From positions 1 through 40,946 of the forward strand of contig MU058428.1 of NCBI GenBank assembly GCA_013265495.1: a stretch of 40,946 bases of DNA, read 5' to 3'. The position numbers and the translations under genes were made by a program. This stretch comes from Vicugna vicugna. Its lineage: Eukaryota. The notes below the pieces were generated by a model. It was given only the letters and a program-made list of their open reading frames with translations, searched no databases and was not told the DNA's origin. Positions 35,145 to 40,946 of this stretch are shown here, piece by piece; within the stretch, counting starts at the first letter, position 1; every line of letters begins with the position of its first letter.

Positions 35145-36526
35145 CTAAATGAAAGCAGAAAGAAAGCAGTCATCCTATTTAACTTACAAATAAGTACCCA
35201 TATGTGTTCATTTATTGAGATACATGAGATGCATATTAACCAGACATGATTTGTTTTGTTGTGATATTTGACTAAGTTAATTTAAAAAACCTGCTAAGAA
35301 TGACTCAGAATGAACCTGAGCCCATTTTCACATTACTTTTGCTTACATGTTAGGCATTTAAAGGTAACAATTTTTTTCATGTATGAGTGCACAAATGGTA
35401 TGTTCAATTCTAAAAATACTGAATATCAATCCAGTTGCAGTTCAAATAAGTGACATGATGGTTATTTCACCACTGTTAGGTACCTCTCCTGGTGGTCATC
35501 GCAAATACCCCAGAGCTGCTGTTAAGAACTTTTCACTCCCTTCAGTTGCCTTCATCTCTCAGCTGTTGACCTTGTAATGTTCTGCAAAGGCTAGTGTGAT
35601 CAAAAATAAACTTTCTGGACCCTGCTTCTAGTTAAAAAAGTTTCCTTTTATCCTCAAACATTCTCTTACTCATTCCTTCTTTTCAGTTGCTAAAGTGTCC
35701 TTACTTCTTTCCAAGGTTCACATCTTTGATCTGACCCTTTTTTCATCTGATTCATCAATTGCCACCCCTTTTCTGTTCACACCTTCCCTCTCCACTGAGC
35801 CCATCTCCTAAGCATTTAAACACACTCAAGTCTATAGAATACAGAATCCTCTCTCCCTAACCACTCTCTTTTCAAGTCACTAACCCGTTTCTCATCTCTT
35901 AATCAAAGTTCCTTGAAAAGGAGCACGTATATGCTTCCTAGCTCTATCACTGTATTCTCTTTTATTCCCGTTGGCTCTTGTAGGATTCCCCAAGGCTGAG
36001 TCCTGTCAACTTCTTGCTCCTTTGGCCGTGTCAACTACTCTAACTCCTTGAACACCTGCTTCTATTTGACTGGCTCTGAAACACACATGTCTAGTTATAA
36101 CTTCTCTTGTGCCCTGGACTTGTCTTTCAAATGGCCTACTGGACTTCACAAGGAAATCCTCAAACTTACCATCTCCAGAATAAAACTATGCATCTCTCCT
36201 CATCTTATCTGCTACTTGTGTAAAACCTGAAGCCCATAATATGTTCAATATAAAAGATGGTGATAATGGGACTTAAGCAGTACTTGGATGACTGAGCCAA
36301 CAAGTCTTTAAAATCCCTCCCACTTCTATGACAAGTGATCATATATGTATAAATACTAAGACAACAAAATCAGGAACTATGAGTGAGGAAGATCAGGGAG
36401 AGGAAGCAAAGGCTAGAAATGAGAAAAAAGAAAACTGATTAAGAAAAAAGAGTCCTAGGTGTATCCAAATACTTTAACTCTATCATTTAATAGGAGAATA
36501 TATTTCAACAGCTCTATTACACACAC

Positions 36527-36643
36527 TTTGATGTAATGACCCTTGGAGCCAGTGATGATTCGATCTTGTCCATTGGAAATCTGATCTACAGTAAGACACA
36601 TAACAGGGCCTAGGTGTCCTGTAACTTTCCTGTGGACTGAGAC
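36527..36643 (-). pseudogene. KIF21A: KIF21A-like exon (117 nt; 118 expected; frameshift near 36622)
   Basis: tttaag|g SQSTGKL[-1][31 protein letters not shown]|gtgtgt. Confidence 0.93.
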
Positions 36644-37084
36644 CTTAAAAAATAAAATAAAAATAATTTTGTTTGGAAATATTTCTTAGCGTGCTAAGGC
36701 TAATCCTCAACAAAAATAATCTATATTCTTTGATAAAACTGCTCATCATTTTCTACTTGATTTAACTCCACCTCTATACAACTCTGTTCAAATTAACAGT
36801 CAAAAACTGGCCAAACTATGATGGAAGCATCAGGAGTACTAAACAAGTTATTCCAAAGTGACTAATGTGATTCAGGTAGTAAACAAAAAGGCACCAAAAG
36901 TCCAAAAACTTGCTACAGGTTAATTTTAACTCCCACCTAAGTCCAGGTAAACTTTAACCAGTTAAATGTCCACACATGTTATAGACATATGACTGATGTT
37001 ATCAGACCCAGTGTGAAATTGGATTAAAACAACTACATCACTGATATAACTAGAAAATAACAATATGGAAAATGTAAGGTTATT

Positions 37085-37203
37085 TTTTACACACATATAT
37101 TTTCATACATACACATGCACGTATATGTACACCCATCTTATATACACATGTGCACACATATACACACACATGTATGGGCATTATGTGTGTACACATGTGC
37201 ACC
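37085..37203. repeat. Degenerate (CA)/(TA)/(TG) purine-pyrimidine microsatellite
   Basis: acacacatatat..acacatgcacgtatatgtacac..tacacatgtgcacacatatacacacacatgtatg. Confidence 0.75.
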
Positions 37204-38589
37204 AGTAAATAGGTAGTCCATTTCATCAGTTATTTTAAAGATATGAAAATGACCAGGAATGTATCTGACTGGTAGGAAAACACATGATGTCAATTATCCA
37301 GGGGTGACAGTGAAACTTTGTTTCGTAGCCCTGCCTCAAATCAAGCTGATGGGATGCAGAGATATATTTCACTTCCAGAACATTACCATTTCTTGACAAC
37401 TTTTTTCTTAGTTACTTTGTTAAGATGAATCTGTATTTAATCATGTTGCTGAAATCAAGCAGGTTTCAAAGGATCTAACTCTTCAGCAGAAAAGAAAGTG
37501 TAAAGATTTTCAAAAGCTGATCTTCTCTGCCTCATGTTATGACTAAGTTTCTTCCTCCACAGTACTCTGACTCCAAGAATAAACCAAGTCTTCCTCTCTT
37601 TCCTAATTTTCTTAAACAAGCAATCTTTATTTTTCTACTTTTCATTTTTAAAACAGTACTCAGGGCTGTGTTTCTTCTTTCTCTTTCTCTCTCATTTATT
37701 TATATATAAATTAGGTTTATTATACTTTTCAGTCATGCATTAAATTATTACAAGCTATAACTAGTTATTCTGAAAATTTCTAAAATAAATTTCCCTTTTA
37801 TTAACCACTAACAAATTCCTTCTAGATTGGATTATTACCTGAATTTCCTGAATTGCAAACTTAACTCAGTATCCTGTAATTGCTTGTTCAATGGCCTTTA
37901 TCCTCCATTATGAGATGAGTTCTAAGAAGGTGGACCCCACGTTTGTCTGGCTTAGTCTTTATCCCCAGTGTCTATCATGGTGTTGGTACAGCATCTGCCA
38001 TAATTGATCTTGAATAACTATTTGTTAACTAATAAATTAATATTCTATTGCTCCCAAGATTTAAAGAACTAAACACTCAAATGAAGGATAAAAGTTCATA
38101 CTTCAATTTATCCTTTTTCTCTTTTTACTCACTTCATCTTCTTAATACTTCATTTTTTACATATATTATTTCATATTCACCAAAATCCTGTGAGGATTTA
38201 TGTGCAAAGTTGTAAAGTTTATAAACTGAAAAACTTGAGATATAAGATGCATGACTGATGTTACAAAAAATAATTCTTTCAAAGGTGCTGATGCCGGTAG
38301 GATGAGAGTCTGGGTCTCTTCTTGGTAAACAACACAACTGGGAGACATGTATTAAGGAAGGTTGTTTTCCTTCATATACATTTTCCCCAGCAATGGAGAT
38401 TAAAGAAGGAAAATCATGAGTTTGCTAGTGAGGACAGAAGAGACATTTAGGAGTGTTGTTTTCAACAGAAAAGCCTAAGATTTTATATTAACTTATGGGG
38501 TTATAAAAATTAGATTTAACATGCACTAATGATGAGTGAAAAAATACATTTGCTGTATGCAAAAAATACATTTTCCTTTAAAATTCTGC

Positions 38590-38753
38590 CTTTTAAGATC
38601 TCACATTCTGACCGCATTTCCAGAAGCTGCATAGAGGAAGGTGCCAGCTGGGTTCAGTGCAACTTGACTGATCTGGTTTCCCCAGAAGGAATAGCAACTG
38701 TCTGGCTGGTACTTGCAGAACAAGCGTCTCCAAGAGGAACTTGACCTGAAGAC
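38590..38753 (-). pseudogene. KIF21A: KIF21A-like exon (164 nt; 165 expected; frameshift, TGG>TGA at 38601-38603, GC donor)
   Basis: ttaag|g [24 protein letters not shown][-1][28 protein letters not shown] ag|gcaga. Confidence 0.93.
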
Positions 38754-40184
38754 CTTAACAGAGATGAAACAGCAAGATAAGTCACACTTCTGGATAACAG
38801 TTAGGCTTAGAATTCCTTAAATTCCTAGGAAACTGGCTGCAGACAAGATCTGGTTACTGTAAGCACCTTACTTAGCACAGCACTTCACACACATGTGACT
38901 GGCACTTATAAATAAACATTTTGACAGATAAATAAATGAATGAATGAAGAAAACAAGATGACATGGCTTTAAACTCCTAATTTGCAAGTCTCTTAAACAC
39001 TAGGAATTCTGAGTCCTGAGTTAAGGATGACTTCAGTATGATTCAGAAAAGATTAGATGACAATGATTTAAAAACTCAACAGGTGATGCAGTGCCACAAA
39101 GGTAATTCATTCTCCTGCAGTTTCCAGAAGCCCCCTGAGGGGTGAGCCTACTGATATTCCTTTCATATGTAAGATTTGCCCTTTTCAGTTAAAGACACTG
39201 AGGAATTTTAAAATTATTTTCAGTTTTTGTTTACTTTAACCCAATCATATATGGATTAGTTACTATTGCTTAACCATAACTTACTTCTATTTCCTCAGCC
39301 AAGTTCTAAGCAGCAAATGTATTTTTAAATTTGGGAACATTTTCTCAGTAAACTTCTAAAATATCAAGTTATAATCAATCTTTTCAAATTAGATTTTACT
39401 GAGTCAACTGGATGGGTAAATTTCTAACATAAGATAACAGTGTTCTTTTTCTACAAAATTTCCCTCAAGAGACTTGTATTCAATACAGCAAATAATTAGT
39501 AATTCTCAAAATGCAAAATAGAATTTAATGTTAATAACCCCACTCTACAAATTTGTAAAAACTAACCACTCCTATGCTCCCTGCTCTTATTACCAACAGA
39601 GTTCACCTTAATTTTAATTATGTAGAACAGTTCATCAATCTTACAACAAAAAGAATCATCTGCTCTACATTTTAAAGACATATATGATAAGAAACACAGA
39701 AAACAAACTCATCTTCCAATCACCTAACACAACCTAAAGTTACAAAATAGGGACTAACCCCAAGGCAGTGTTAAGTCCTAAAGAAACAAAACAAAACAAC
39801 AACAAAAAAACCCTCTCAGTTACTCAATACATGCTAATTAAGTGTTGAAAGTACTTCTTCACCATCTACTATGGTGATTTGAGCCATTTTCCAAGGAGTG
39901 GTATTCATTTGAAGCATGTAACTATGTAAGTAATAAATACTATGAAAATTTAATTCCTTTGGTTAGGGAGGAAATATGAAATGTGTACTTAGTCAAATTA
40001 CAAAAGAAATGTTCCTTTTTGACAGTTTTGACCAATTCACTATCAGATAGTGAAATTGCCTTTTTAGAATCAATGTGTGTGTATAAGATTTCCAAAGTTA
40101 AAACATCCCCATTCTATTCTAACATATGTAAGACAGTAATTTATGAATAATTTATGATAATGCTCCAAGTACTATGCTATGAAT

Positions 40185-40290
40185 TTTATTTATTTTTAAA
40201 AATTCTTTTTAATTTAATTTAATTTTTAAATTATTTATTTAATCTGGGGGGGTAATTAGGTTTACTGATTTATTCATTTTTAGAGAATAT
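40185..40290 (-). mobile_element. Tail-only remnant of the same tRNA-SINE family
   Basis: ggggggtaattaggtttactgatttattcattttt matches the antisense tail module seen at 2440, 20215 and 25815. The tRNA head is missing. Confidence 0.5.
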
Positions 40291-40946
40291 TCATTTCTCT
40301 AGAGAATTCACATTTATTCATTCTTTTATATGTGCTTCTTAGACTCAACATGGGTTTAGAGAAATTATGAAAATGATTAGATGTAGACCTTCAATCTTAA
40401 ATAACTCAGTTCAACCACTGCAGACAACCATGCAAAAAAAAAAATCAGGTGCATGTATATGTTCTATAAATAAACATTGTTTTTATGCAAGAAGTTGAAT
40501 TTTTCATGACTGACAATAAACACAAGGAAAGGAAATTCAGTCTAGGTTGAAAGAGCTAGAAGATTCATTTCACCATGTTTTTACTTCGTTTCCAATTTTG
40601 CTATAAAGGTTATTAGGGCTTTGGAAGAAACTGGCCAGTCCGTTATCTCAGGCACATTGTTAGTAGCATCTCCATAATTGGACGTTCATCAGGCTTTCTT
40701 GAGCCACATGGGCGCTGTCTCTCTCCCTCTCCCCCCTTCTCCCCTCACCCGCCCCCTTCTTGCTTTCCTTATTTTTCTTCCACTCCTTTTCAGGGGAACT
40801 CCCAAAATATGTTTTAGTAATTTTTTTTTCATAACAAATGTGAGGGAAGCTCTAGGCAAATATGGTTTAAAAAAAAAAGAAAGATTATTTCTTGATTTCC
40901 AGGGGCGGAAAGATAGTTTTAAACAGAAACAAGAAAGAGATCAGGG

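Overview
Mammalian genomic DNA, probably camelid (inferred from several Vic-1-like tRNA-derived SINEs), with five N-gaps. I can support no intact protein-coding gene. The minus strand carries two decayed, intron-containing gene copies. One is the last five exons and 3'UTR of KIF21A (WD40 tail, ~28.0-38.75 kb), with three 1-nt deletions and a TGG>TGA nonsense codon. The other is exons 1, 2, 4 and 5 of SCCPDH (~5.9-14.4 kb), with a lost ATG, frameshifts, stop codons and no exon 3 found, but with a retained CpG island holding a 136-bp tandem repeat. The parent genes lie on different chromosomes in human, so the window looks like a segmental-duplication mosaic. Two retrocopies sit in SCCPDH introns: a near full-length EMID1 processed pseudogene and an ELOB retrocopy that appears to keep the 3' end of intron 1. 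The rest is transposon-derived: a 4.8-kb L1, older L1/L2/MIR, MLT1 LTRs, hAT elements and SINEs. All gene identifications come from recalled protein sequences, not database searches. I found no convincing novel biological system. The best leads are the duplicon mosaic, the retained and repeat-expanded promoter, the semi-processed ELOB copy, AT>GC-biased substitution and templated-insertion repair scars.
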